A DNA stretch of 64,000 bases from a cyanobacterium endosymbiont of Rhopalodia gibba (lineage in GTDB: Bacteria; Cyanobacteriota; Cyanobacteriia; Cyanobacteriales; Microcystaceae): contig CP067995.1 of the NCBI GenBank assembly GCA_045159875.1, positions 1,088,001 through 1,152,000 of the forward strand, written 5' to 3'. The notes under the pieces were generated by a model, which made no database searches, was not told the origin of the DNA, and saw nothing but the letters and a program-made list of their open reading frames with translations. Shown one piece after another: positions 35,575 to 46,359 of this stretch (its first letter is position 1; each line of letters starts with the position of its first letter). The translations under genes and the position numbers were made by a program.

Positions 35575-35968
35575 CAGAAAAAGTCATTTGGGTGCCGACA
35601 AGCTATTTTTGATTAGGTCTGAGGGTAAGCAGGGTAAAAATCATGAGTGTTCTGTTATTTTCTTTTCACCATAGAGGTTATGTAATCTACATTTAAGGAA
35701 CTATAGATTATAGTCTGTATTTAACTATTAGTTCTCATCCCTCTGGAAACTCTTATTGTAGATGATCTATCGGCGAGCTCACGGACAAAGAAAAATGGCA
35801 AATCTCTTTATTTAGGAATCTCTATGTATCTTGATTCCTCTTGGTTTTGTCCTCTAATTGTAATATTGATCATTCTTGTTCATGCTCAAGGTCTTATAAA
35901 CTAAGCGTTGGCGAGTAATATCCCTCGACTAGGGGGGTTAACTTAGATAATTAATTGTTTTATTACTG

Positions 35969-36008
35969 CCTAGTTCAGCCCTACTTAATGAAGTAAGGCT
36001 GAACTAGG
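35969..36008. repeat. inverted repeat, 18-bp arms (1 mismatch), 4-nt loop
   Basis: CCTAGTTCAGCCCTACTT-aatg-AAGTAAGGCTGAACTAGG. Confidence 0.85.
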
Positions 36009-36624
36009 AAACGACCAATAATCGCTTAAGAGGAAGTGTTTGGCTACTGCTAGCGGTAAATTTATTGGTTGATTGGAGATCTCTGCAAGGATCTTTTTTA
36101 TTCTGGTAACTAACACATTAAGTCCGGTATAGATCGCTTCTAGAGTAGCTGTAACAAAGTCATAAAAAGTAAGAATAAAGTTTTTAGAAGTGATTGATAG
36201 TCAATTTATCATACTCTACTCTAGAAGAACCCAGATTATTAAGATTGGGGGCTATAATTTCCTAAAATTATTGCATTTGATGCATGAGAGGAAAATTTAT
36301 TTCAGTGAATGGAAGCTTGAGATGTTGATCAAGCAATTGAATTCGACTGTTATTAGTATGAATATTCAAGTCATAGAAAAGACTGGGGACAAATATAAAT
36401 TTTAAGAAAGGCAAGGCTAACTGTTACTTACGATTAATTCAAAACATTATCTTCTAAATTCTATATTTAATTTTAAATTTATTTAAGTAATTTTTTTAAA
36501 TGAAGAAGCTCAACCGAACATCCCAGGTTGCTCTGAAATCAGTTTATCTATAAAAAATGATTTGCTGACTATATTTTACAATCTCTGTCGATACTCCCCA
36601 TATTTCCTCAACTTCCAATACAAT

Positions 36625-36807
36625 AAAAAAGGACCGATATCAAACATCGGTTCACAACAACTAAACACAGTCATCTGTTGTACTGTAAGAACTATCAGAA
36701 TTTGCGCCTCAGGGAGTATCTCCCCTAGGAGCGGCTATTGTTCAATGGTACTTCGAGGATGACATCAGTTCGGTTTCGAACTGAGCCAAAAGACCTCACG
36801 CGACAGT
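36625..36807 (-). ncRNA. ssrS: 6S RNA (SsaA/SsrS)-like structured RNA
   Basis: about 180-nt GC-richer island; minus strand folds as an extended rod (GUCAUC/GAUGAC, GUAC/GUAC, GAAC/GUUC, GGGAG/CUCCC) with a UCAGUUCG/CGAACUGA side hairpin, a G-U-rich closing stem and a terminator-like 3' end. Confidence 0.6.
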
Positions 36808-36850
36808 GATGAGGTTGTTCGCATCGTTATCTCCCAATTATCAATCGGTT

Positions 36851-37870
36851 ATGATCCCTGCTATTGTTATTGAGTCCCTAAAAAAAAATTATGGTACTCT
36901 TGAGGCGATTAAAGACATCTCCTTTGAAGTGCAACCGGGGGAGATTTTCGGCTTATTAGGTCCTAATGGAGCGGGAAAAACCACTACCATTCGCTGTTTA
37001 TGTACTTTAGCTAAACCTGATAGAGGTAAAATTGAAGTAGCGGGAATTTCCGTTCTTGAGCGCCCCAAAGCAGTCCGTCGCCGTTTAGGATATGTAGCCC
37101 AGGAAGTAGCCTTGGATCAAGTATTAACGGGACGAGAACTATTAGGACTGCAAGCTGCCCTTTATCATCTTCCCCAAAAGAAAGCCAAAAATCGTATTGC
37201 TGAATTAATCAGCTTGCTGGACTTAGAAAACTACGCTGATAACCAAACTAGAACTTATTCAGGGGGTATCCGTAAACGCCTAGATTTAGCGGCTGGGTTG
37301 CTTCATCGACCAGAGGTATTGGTACTAGATGAACCAACTGTAGGGCTAGATATAGAAAGTCGATTGATTGTTTGGGAATTCTTACGGAAATTACAACAAG
37401 CCGGCACAACTGTCTTAATTACTAGCCATTACCTTGAAGAGATTGATACCCTAGCTAATCGCTTAGCCATTATAGATCAAGGACAAGTTGTTGCTGAGGG
37501 AACTCCTTCTCAGTTGAAAAATCGAGTGGGCGGTGATCGCGTTACCCTGAAAATCAGGGAATTTTCTCCAGCCGAAGAGGCCCAACAAGCTAAAACTTTA
37601 CTTCAAGATTTACCATTTGTTGAAGAGGTGATAATTAATCACTGCCAAGGCAACTCTCTTAACCTTGTGGTGACCATAGGGAGTAATTGTTTAAGTCAAA
37701 TTGAACAATCTTTAATAAAGTCAGGGCTACCCATTTTTAGTTTAGCTCAATCTCGTCCTAGTCTTGATGATGTCTACTTAGCAGCCACTGGTCAAACTTT
37801 GATGGATGCCGAATTGGAGTCCGCCAGTATTCGAGATCTGAAGGCTGAGAAAAAACAACAAATGAAATGA
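36851..37870 (+). CDS. ABC-2 (DrrA-like) exporter ATP-binding protein
   Basis: GPNGAGKTT, YSGG, LDEPTVGLD, SHYLEE; ATG 36851 preferred over GTG 36806. Confidence 0.93.
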   Translation: MIPAIVIESLKKNYGTLEAIKDISFEVQPGEIFGLLGPNGAGKTTTIRCLCTLAKPDRGKIEVAGISVLERPKAVRRRLGYVAQEVALDQVLTGRELLGLQAALYHLPQKKAKNRIAELISLLDLENYADNQTRTYSGGIRKRLDLAAGLLHRPEVLVLDEPTVGLDIESRLIVWEFLRKLQQAGTTVLITSHYLEEIDTLANRLAIIDQGQVVAEGTPSQLKNRVGGDRVTLKIREFSPAEEAQQAKTLLQDLPFVEEVIINHCQGNSLNLVVTIGSNCLSQIEQSLIKSGLPIFSLAQSRPSLDDVYLAATGQTLMDAELESASIRDLKAEKKQQMK

Positions 37871-38043
37871 AATGAAGTGATTCTACTCTTAAGAGTAGAC
37901 ATTACTCACCTTGGATTTAAGTTCTACTTACTTATTAAGACAGGCAATAGACAAGAGAAAAATGAGTGAATTCGGTTTCTAGGTACAAATTGTATGTCAG
38001 CATGTCAATTTTTAGATATTGCGATTCAGTGAGGAATAACCAC

Positions 38044-38940
38044 ATGAGTCAAACTATGACCCCTTCTAAGGTAAAGTCTGCTTTATCTCCGAAAAAACAA
38101 AAAACAACTCCTATAGATGAAGACGAAAATATTTTCGGTGAATTTATTCAAGAAACCTTTGCCATGACAAAGCGTCTTTTTATTCAACTGCAACGTCGTC
38201 CATCAACCTTAATTGCTGGGATTATTCAACCGCTTATGTGGTTAGTTTTGTTCGGCGCACTATTTTACAATGCTCCTCAAGGGTTATTTGGAGAAGAGCT
38301 TAATTATGCTAAGTTTCTTGCTCCTGGTATTATAGTTTTTACGGCTTTTTCAGGCGCATTAAATGCGGGTTTGCCCGTGATGTTTGACAGAGAATTTGGG
38401 TTTCTCAATCGTTTACTAGTTGCCCCATTGGCTTCTCGTTATTCGATTGTGGCCGCTTCTACCATATATATAATAATCTTGAGTTTAATCCAGACAGCAG
38501 TTATTGTGGGAGCTAGTGCTATTCTAGGAGCTAGTTTGCCAAGCTTAATTGGATTAGGTACAATTTCCCTAGTTGTTTTTTCTATCGTCTTAGGAGTGAC
38601 GGGATTAAGCCTGGGACTGGCTTTTGCTTTACCAGGTCATATTGAATTGATCGCAGTAATTTTCGTGACAAATTTACCTTTATTATTTGCAAGTACCGCT
38701 TTGGCTCCTTTATCATTCATGGCAAAATGGTTACAGATTATCGTCAGTTTGAATCCTCTTACCTATGCTATTGAAGCGATTCGTTATATTTACCTCAATG
38801 AAAATTGGTCTTTGAAGAGTTTAGTCCTACAAACTCCTTGGGCGAACCTAAGTTTTGGATTGGTTTTATTTCTATTGTTAGTCTTCAATGCGTTAATATT
38901 AGTAGCCATTCAACCTTTGTTGCGTCGCCGTTTTGCTTAG
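38044..38940 (+). CDS. ABC-2 type permease
   Basis: FDREFGFLNRLLVAP, NPLTYAIEAIR; ATG 38044 follows GAGGA. Confidence 0.92.
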   Translation: MSQTMTPSKVKSALSPKKQKTTPIDEDENIFGEFIQETFAMTKRLFIQLQRRPSTLIAGIIQPLMWLVLFGALFYNAPQGLFGEELNYAKFLAPGIIVFTAFSGALNAGLPVMFDREFGFLNRLLVAPLASRYSIVAASTIYIIILSLIQTAVIVGASAILGASLPSLIGLGTISLVVFSIVLGVTGLSLGLAFALPGHIELIAVIFVTNLPLLFASTALAPLSFMAKWLQIIVSLNPLTYAIEAIRYIYLNENWSLKSLVLQTPWANLSFGLVLFLLLVFNALILVAIQPLLRRRFA

Positions 38941-38994
38941 GGTAGTTTTAATTTAAAATGTTTAATGTTTGATTGTATGTAGCAGTGAGTCTTA

Positions 38995-39327
38995 ATGATT
39001 TCTATTAACGTGCCTTTGAGACAATTATTTTGTATTCTGATTGGTTTGGGAACAGTAAGCGGAATTCCTCAGATAATGTTAGCCCAGTCTGTTGATGTTA
39101 TTAATGAGGAAAATGGTTATCAAAATAATGAACAAGAGCCTACTGGGGAACTTGGTAACATTTTTAACCCAATGGATCTAATGCACCGTTCTAATTTACA
39201 GCGAAGTCGTAACGCCGGTGACTTTGCTGAGGATACGAATAATAATCTCAATAAAGCAGCTCAGGAATTTAAGCTAATCCAACAACGAAGATTACAACAA
39301 GAATCTTCTGAGCCTATTCCTAATTAG
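38995..39327 (+). CDS. small secreted hypothetical protein
   Basis: signal-like N-terminus; FNPMDLMHRSNL motif. Confidence 0.65.
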   Translation: MISINVPLRQLFCILIGLGTVSGIPQIMLAQSVDVINEENGYQNNEQEPTGELGNIFNPMDLMHRSNLQRSRNAGDFAEDTNNNLNKAAQEFKLIQQRRLQQESSEPIPN

Positions 39328-39814
39328 ACCAGTAGTTTACTCTAGCTCTTCTAGACTACCTGTGACAAAACCGTAATAAATAGAAGTTGAAAGTCTTGTT
39401 TTCCAGATTTTCCAAAACTCCAGAAAATTGATCTTGCATAAAGATAAGATTTTTGGAGTTATAGAATACAGTTGTAATAAAATTTTGGAAATTAGTAGCT
39501 AATATCAATAGCTACTAATTTATCATGTTCGGTCTAGGAGAGCCTTAACTCGATTCTACTAAACCCGTCATGTAAAATTTTAATATTAATGTTCTGAAAA
39601 TCTTGATTTAGAAATTGCTCAAATTTTCAAAAGTTTGCTGGTTGTTAAGAGTTTGCTAATCTTCTTAAGATTGGTTCAATATAAAAAGAGGTTAGTTTAA
39701 AGTTTAAGCTTATAACCAATGTTTTAATACTAATTAGGCAGTATCATAAAACATCCACACCTATAAAATTTTATAAAAAACACCTCCATTGTAGATGGTG
39801 ATCTTTTTCGTATT

Positions 39815-40230
39815 AACGTGAGTTCGACGAGATTTAAAAATACGGTTATTATTCTCAATATCTAATATTAAAATACGACAAGACTGACAATTATCTAAGA
39901 TAGTCATAGTAACTGCTAACAACACTAAGACTACAATCGTTGTTTAAAAATAGCAGAGGACAAGGTTAGTTTACGATGTGACCCTAAACCAAGAAAAAAT
40001 TTTTTAGGTAACTAGGTATAGTCCATCAGTTAAGCAAAAAGGTGAACAAAATAATTTCAAACACTGCAATTTCTCTAATATGAAATATTAGGAGATATTT
40101 TTAGGTTCGTCGTTAACCGTTTCAATCACAGAATGTTTAGGACGTAAATTTTATTACGCGGTTCGACTAACACCTACAATTTTAACGTTGACTTTAATTC
40201 TGAAAAGTCAGCTCTACCCCGTCCGATTCA
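39815..40230 (-). mobile_element. IS982-family transposase remnant (C-terminal part) with terminal sequence
   Basis: minus strand RPKHSVIETVNDEPKNIS* ... SV*NYFVHLFA*LMDYT*LPKK resembles IS982 RKRS.IETVNDQLKN...LIAY...PKKP; end GTCGAACTCACGTT. Confidence 0.72.
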
Positions 40231-40273
40231 GTGTTTCATCTATAAACTGTCTCTTCTAGCAAAAACCAATTAA

Positions 40274-41629
40274 TTATTCTCCAGTAATAGATAATTTATC
40301 AATCCAAACTCGCGGACAAATTCCTCCGGGAAGAACTTCGGCTTCAGGCTCAATATAGATGATTGACTTTAATACATCTTGTATATCTCCAGCTACCGTT
40401 GCCGCATCAATACTAGCTAATTCTCCCTTATTGACTAACCAACCATCAAAGGGTAGGGAAAATGAGCCCTGTAAAGAATTAACTCCCGCATGAAGCGCCT
40501 GTAAACGATCAATAAAGATAACTCCGTCTGATTCTTCTAAACTCAATTTATGGGCATATTTTTCCGAAGCAAAAACATGATAAAAATGAGAGCTAACTGT
40601 AACTTTTGAGCCGATATTTGCATGACCTGTGGGTTTTGCCTTCATTCGTTTTGCGGTTCCGGCACTGTGTAATAAACCCGACAGTACTCCATTAGTAATC
40701 AGTTCTACACGACGAGTGGGAGTTCCTTCTCCGTCAAAAGTTTCTGTTGCAACATTATCAGGATGAAGGGCATCATCACATAGGCACAAAAGAGGGGAAG
40801 CAATCTCTGTTCCTAGAGAATCTCGGGTAGAAAGACTTTGGTTATCTAAAATATTTTGAGCATTGAAGATATTAGAAAAAGCATCAATCAAACTTAAAAA
40901 TGATGTAGGAGAAAAGACAATTCGATATTTACCCGATGGAATAGATTTATAGTTTATGTGACTAATTGTCTTTTCAATCACCTCTTTTAAACAGCTATCA
41001 ATGTCTAACTCCGGTAAGTTATGACTAATTTTAACTGAACTAGCCCCTCGCGGTTTTCTACCTTCCTCCTCAGTACGACTGTAGAGGTAAATCGAAGAAT
41101 AGGACCGTTCTTCTTGGCGAAGAGCTCCCTCACTGTTAAGATAAAACCGCGCTATACTTTCTTGAGATAAGCCATTGTAGGGAACTCCGATAATGGCTTG
41201 ATGTGCTTCTAAAAGTTTTTTTTCAGCTTTGATTAAAGTACCGACAAGAGTAGGAACAGGTGCATGACTCACCAAACTATGGGATAACTCGGTAACAAGG
41301 CTTTTAGCTTCTGGACTGAACTCAGGGGCATTCTCTTCGCTACCAAATTCACTCGCTTCTCTAGCTGTTTCTAAGGCTAATTTGATGCCTTTGTCGTCTA
41401 GATCCGTGGTAGTTGTCACTCCAACTGTTTTCCTTTTATTCCACACACGAACAATAACGCTTGATCGGTTTGATGCTTGGACCTGTTTAGGTTCACCGCT
41501 ATCAACCTCGACACTAGTCTCGTCGATAGATAGACCATAAATATCATATTTGTCAATTCCCAATTCTTTCGCACTTAATTGGGTGTACTCGGCAATCTTT
41601 TTAATATTCAGCATATTGAAGATAATCAA
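40274..41629 (-). CDS. TldD/PmbA family protein (PmbA/TldE-like)
   Basis: FDGEGTPT, HAGVNSLQGSFSLP, TVAGDI; no HExxGH motif. Confidence 0.9.
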   Translation of the reverse strand: MIIFNMLNIKKIAEYTQLSAKELGIDKYDIYGLSIDETSVEVDSGEPKQVQASNRSSVIVRVWNKRKTVGVTTTTDLDDKGIKLALETAREASEFGSEENAPEFSPEAKSLVTELSHSLVSHAPVPTLVGTLIKAEKKLLEAHQAIIGVPYNGLSQESIARFYLNSEGALRQEERSYSSIYLYSRTEEEGRKPRGASSVKISHNLPELDIDSCLKEVIEKTISHINYKSIPSGKYRIVFSPTSFLSLIDAFSNIFNAQNILDNQSLSTRDSLGTEIASPLLCLCDDALHPDNVATETFDGEGTPTRRVELITNGVLSGLLHSAGTAKRMKAKPTGHANIGSKVTVSSHFYHVFASEKYAHKLSLEESDGVIFIDRLQALHAGVNSLQGSFSLPFDGWLVNKGELASIDAATVAGDIQDVLKSIIYIEPEAEVLPGGICPRVWIDKLSITGE

Positions 41630-42376
41630 GGATTGTTAACACATTTATTAATGTATAGAGAGTTAACATACTCAACGCACGTGCAGGAAGTAGATTTTCC
41701 CGAACTTGTGTATAAGAACTACTGAATCATTTGTACTGCTTAAGTACCTCTACTCTCGTAGCAGTTAGCCATAAGCAGAAGTGTTTCTAGTCGTCTAGTT
41801 AGTTAGCCCCTCAGTTTAAGGAATGTTCTCTGCTACTGTTTACTTCCAAATTTTGGTTTATTTATTCAAGTTATCGGGAACCTCGTTGTTTTCCTCGCTG
41901 TTTTATCATATTTCCGCCACCAGAGGTTTTTAAATTTTCACTTTTTCAGACACTCTGTTTTTATAAACCACGCTGCAGTTAAGCAGATTATTTTTGCCAT
42001 GTGTGATTGTACCATAAAATCTTCCTACAATGGAGAGGTTTTAAACTAATTTTTCGGGAGATTACGCGAGCATAATAAAGAAAAGCTATTTTTATTTCTA
42101 TTTTTAGAATATTTGTAAGTATTATCAGCTTTTTTAAAACTAAAAGAGCTATTGTTCTCTACTTTACTAATCCTGGTTCAATGGCTAAAAAATCCTGATA
42201 TAGTAATTTTGTCTGTACTTGCTAATCCTGGTGTGTTGTGTATTGATAATGAATATAGTTTATGGGCTAATAAGAAAAGTTGAACTGAAACGCTAATTTA
42301 AATTTTGTCTATAAAAAAAATATAATCATCAGTTAAAATAAATATCCTTATTTTCAGCAGAGGAAAAATTGTAGAA

Positions 42377-43780
42377 ATGACCCCGAAAAACTTTAATTGC
42401 TATTCTGTAAAAATCATGATTATAGTAAGTACGTTAATTTTATTAACTTGTAGTAGCTTAAGACATATTTTGTTTCAATCTACTGCTTATGATTTAGCGA
42501 TTTTTGATAATGGTATTTATTTAATTAGTCAAGGAAAAACTCCTTTCGTTTCTTTGCGGGGTATCCATATACTAGGAGATCACGCTGCATTTATTCTTTA
42601 TGCAATTGCTGGATTATATAAGATTTACCCTAGTGTTTATTGGTTATTTGGCTTACAAGCAATTGCCCTTTCTTTGGGAGCATTACCAGTTTGGCAATTG
42701 GCAATACACGAAAATCTAACCAAAAACTTAGCCACAGTAATCGCGGCTTCTTATCTCCTTTATCCCCTAATTTTTAACCTAAACTTATTTGATTTTCACC
42801 CAGAAACATTAACACTTCCTGCTTTTTTTTGGGCATTACTAGCCGCAAAAAAAAACAATATTTTTGCGTTTAGCTTAGCACTAATTTTCATTTTAAGTTG
42901 TCGGGATGCTTTATCTTTAACTATAATAGCAATGGGCGTTTGGCTAATCTTAGGAGAGAGAAAAATAAAACTTGGGGTGATTTCTTTAGCAATAGGAATA
43001 ATCTGGTTTATTGTAGCGATTAAAGTAATTATTCCTCAATTTAGTGGAGAACAGGTAGCTGCTGTTGCTAGATATAATTTTTTAGGAGTATCTTTACAAG
43101 AGATTATTTTAAATCTTTTTTTTAAACCACAAATTGTTCTAAGTCATCTTTTTACTTTAAATAACTTAGAGTATTTGTTGTTGCTCTTATGTCCTTTAAT
43201 TTGGGGATTATTTCCTAGATATTTTTCTCCATTAATTGCTGCTTTTCCTATTTTATTCTTAAATTTACTGACTGATAATAAAGAACAAAAAGATTTATTG
43301 CACCAATATTCTCTTCCAATTTTACCATTTTTAATTCTAGTAGTAATTGCAACTATAAGCGTAGGACAAGGATGGTTACAAAGACCTAAATATATTATTT
43401 TGTGGTCATTAGTTACTTTTTTTGCACTAGCTAAAGTTGGCTATTTTACCTCTCGTTACCTTGAATCTATCGATACTTGGTCAGCAACAAGAGAAGCGTT
43501 AAATCAAGTGACAAAAGAAGGTAATGTGTTAACTTCAGCTAACATTGCCCCCCATGTTACCCATCGGACTAAAGTTGAATTAGCAATTGAGGGTTCACAA
43601 GGAATTAATCTTCAACAATTTGATGATATATTGTTAAACAAACGTCATCCAGGTTGGAATAGTTCACCAGAATTGGTTGACACTCTAATAGGAAGAATTA
43701 AACAAATTCCCGAGTTTAAATTAACCTATGAAAAAAAACAAGTTTATCTATTTGAACGTATTTCACCTCAATCAAATTGA
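42377..43780 (+). CDS. DUF2079 integral membrane protein (GT-C-like)
   Basis: STAYDLAIF, HILGDHA, FDFHPE, HQYS; many TM helices. Confidence 0.85.
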   Translation: MTPKNFNCYSVKIMIIVSTLILLTCSSLRHILFQSTAYDLAIFDNGIYLISQGKTPFVSLRGIHILGDHAAFILYAIAGLYKIYPSVYWLFGLQAIALSLGALPVWQLAIHENLTKNLATVIAASYLLYPLIFNLNLFDFHPETLTLPAFFWALLAAKKNNIFAFSLALIFILSCRDALSLTIIAMGVWLILGERKIKLGVISLAIGIIWFIVAIKVIIPQFSGEQVAAVARYNFLGVSLQEIILNLFFKPQIVLSHLFTLNNLEYLLLLLCPLIWGLFPRYFSPLIAAFPILFLNLLTDNKEQKDLLHQYSLPILPFLILVVIATISVGQGWLQRPKYIILWSLVTFFALAKVGYFTSRYLESIDTWSATREALNQVTKEGNVLTSANIAPHVTHRTKVELAIEGSQGINLQQFDDILLNKRHPGWNSSPELVDTLIGRIKQIPEFKLTYEKKQVYLFERISPQSN

Positions 43781-44721
43781 TTATGGGTGGATATTCATTT
43801 GTCTTAGAAGTAACAAAACTTCTCAATGTCTGCAGAATTCCTAGCTAGGTGGCATTTTCAGTATATTTGTAAGTAGGCGGACCTAAATAAATATAAATCC
43901 ACAAAAGAAAGAATATTTTCTATGTCTATATTTAGATAATTAGAATTAGATTGATATTGCTCTAGTCGATATTCCCCTCCTATTATATTGAGCCCTGCAC
44001 TATAAGTTAGTAGAAAATATATATACAATTTTTGTATTGTTTAAGTTTAGCTTTAAATAAACTACTTGTATGTACTAATTCAATATCAATAACAATCATC
44101 GTATTTATCCTTTGATCTTTACAGTGTTTATAGTTTTTTTTAGCTTTATCTATGTATTTACCTGAAACTTCTATATTTTTTTAAAAAAAAATACTTTTGA
44201 TTTAATTTAATTAAAACTTTTATTTGGCTTGTATATTTTTATTCTATTTAGTTGAGTTCTTTTTTTTTATGGAATTATTTTCTTGTTTTAACTTTTATAT
44301 GAGTGAAAAAATTTTTATTTTCAATATTAAAAAATACTTTATAATCTTTTTTTTTGGACTTAAGTATTTAGATAGCTATTGACTATTATCAATGGTCTTA
44401 TATGTTTTTTAATTTAAGTTTTTTACTTTACATAAAAATCATCATACTTATGATGCTTAAATAATTTATATATATTTTTGATTTAATTCAATTTAATGAT
44501 GATTTTGAGAATACAATTTTTCTGATTGTTAACCTTTTAAATCAAACATAATAACCTTAATTTAGTACACGATAAAAGCCATTTTAAACTACTTCTCTGT
44601 TTTATGCTTTTTTAAGCCCCCTCAGTTACTGTTAAAGAAAGCCTTAAATTTAGTCTAATAGAATTGGATTTAAACCTATTGTTAGATATAGTCAAAAACA
44701 ATAGTCTTTCAATAAAAGTCC

Positions 44722-45042
44722 ATGAGTCAATATTTTTTGATTGAGTCAAAAAGTCCTTTCGAGTCTACAGAAGTTACATACGATTATCAATTGGCATCTG
44801 ATCTAGCTAAGTCAGGGCACGAAGTGACTTTATTTTTGGTAGAAAATGGTGTACTAGCCACCCGTTCAACTATTATTCCCCTTGAATTAGCCAACCTGAA
44901 TTCTGTTAAAGTCTTGGCAGATAGATTTTCTCTCGAAGAAAGAGGAATTGAGTATTCTGAAGTGAATTCTACGATTCAGATTTCTACCATATCTTCAGTA
45001 GTTGATGCTATGGGACAAGGACAAAAAACCTTGTGGTTATAA
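44722..45042 (+). CDS. DsrE/DsrH(TusB)-like protein, Cys-free
   Basis: short alpha/beta fold; VTLFLVENGV and VLADRFSLEERGI motifs. Confidence 0.75.
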   Translation: MSQYFLIESKSPFESTEVTYDYQLASDLAKSGHEVTLFLVENGVLATRSTIIPLELANLNSVKVLADRFSLEERGIEYSEVNSTIQISTISSVVDAMGQGQKTLWL

Positions 45043-45121
45043 ATCAAATCGAGGATCGGCAGACAACAGCCTATAACTGGAAATTATCTACTGATTATTT
45101 TTTATTAGTAACTGACAAAAA

Positions 45122-45532
45122 ATGAGTACACCAACCCTTACATTTCTCTTGATGGATGCGCCATTTGAACAAGCGAGAACAACCACCGCTTTTCGGCTGA
45201 TGAGTGCAGCCTTAGAAAAAGGCTACAATGTTAATGTTTTTGCCTACGAAGGAGCAGTTTCCTTAGCGTTTTCTCACCAGAAACCTCACGCTAATAGTAT
45301 TCATGGCCGTACCTTTGAGGAAGAAAATCATCCATTAACTAAAGATTGGGTGGCAGCGATGCAAGCAAAAGCAAAAGATAAGGGCTGTCAATTTGATTGG
45401 ATTAATTGTGGCCTTTGTGTTGATGAAAGAGGTGTACAAGAAGCGATCGAAGGATGTCGTCGCGGCGGACCCAAAGATTTTTGGCAATGGGCTACCGAAT
45501 CTGCGTCAACATTAGTTATTGGCACAAGATAA
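45122..45532 (+). CDS. DsrE(TusD)-like protein with CxxC
   Basis: LMDAPF, VFAYEGAV, INCGLCVDERG (Cys at the TusD-like position before ERG). Confidence 0.8.
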   Translation: MSTPTLTFLLMDAPFEQARTTTAFRLMSAALEKGYNVNVFAYEGAVSLAFSHQKPHANSIHGRTFEEENHPLTKDWVAAMQAKAKDKGCQFDWINCGLCVDERGVQEAIEGCRRGGPKDFWQWATESASTLVIGTR

Positions 45533-45606
45533 GCTAAAACCTATTAAAAACAAGTTTTAGTAAGGTAAGGAGTAAAAGGATTCTGAATTTTTAAGGAGCA
45601 TCGACT

Positions 45607-45987
45607 ATGAAAGTACTACAAATTATTGAATCAGCTTATCGTTGTATCGTTGAAGAACAAGATGATCCGGCTATTTGGATAGTTCAAGTTTTAAAGACAG
45701 CTGGTGGCGAAGTCGATATTTTGTTACGAGGAAGTGCCGTTAATTATGCTGTTAGTGGCCAAGGGAATGATGGGTTGACCTTAGGTTCTTGGCAACAAAC
45801 TTGTCCAGCCAAAGTTGATCAAGATTTACAACAAGCTCTGGATAGCGGGTTAAAAGTGTATGCAATCGCAGAAGATATTGCCCAAAGAGGTATTCCTGAA
45901 GCAAAATTACTTAGTGGAATTGAAAAATTGTCTCGTCGGGATTTACCTAATTTGTTTGAACAATATCAACAAGTTTGGCGTTGGTGA
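45607..45987 (+). CDS. DsrE/DsrF(TusC)-like protein
   Basis: ILLRGSAVNYA, VYAIAEDIAQRGI; SD AAGGAG. Confidence 0.75.
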   Translation: MKVLQIIESAYRCIVEEQDDPAIWIVQVLKTAGGEVDILLRGSAVNYAVSGQGNDGLTLGSWQQTCPAKVDQDLQQALDSGLKVYAIAEDIAQRGIPEAKLLSGIEKLSRRDLPNLFEQYQQVWRW

Positions 45988-46359
45988 TTAAGTAATTAAC
46001 GCGCGTTTCACGGAGACTACAACTTCTATTTTTCTCTGCCAATGAGCCGAGCTCTTTGTTTTGATAAAATTCACGTAATTAATTAGGGTTTGCTGGAAAA
46101 ATATAAAATCTTTTTTCTTTCCTAAAGACCCTTTTTAGCGACTCCTACACGCATACTCCCAATTTATTAACCAACTTTCTTTATTTTACAATTTAAAGAA
46201 AAATATATGTATGATTACCAGTCATATTTGACGACGGACTAAATCGCTTATACTGTTTTTTAAAACTTGACAAATATTCCTGAAAGTCAAAGCGAGAATG
46301 TGGATGTACTGAATTTTGATTTTTTTTAGAATGAAATCGCTTTATATCGATGGATTGAT

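Noticed and set aside
36562..36762. 66-aa ORF
   Set aside because: TTG start, no family features, and it overlaps the structured 6S-like RNA
46084..46105. AGGGTTTGCTG-like IS/MITE end (also AAGTAGGCGG near 43871)
   Set aside because: Single short matches with no convincing partner end or transposase remnant
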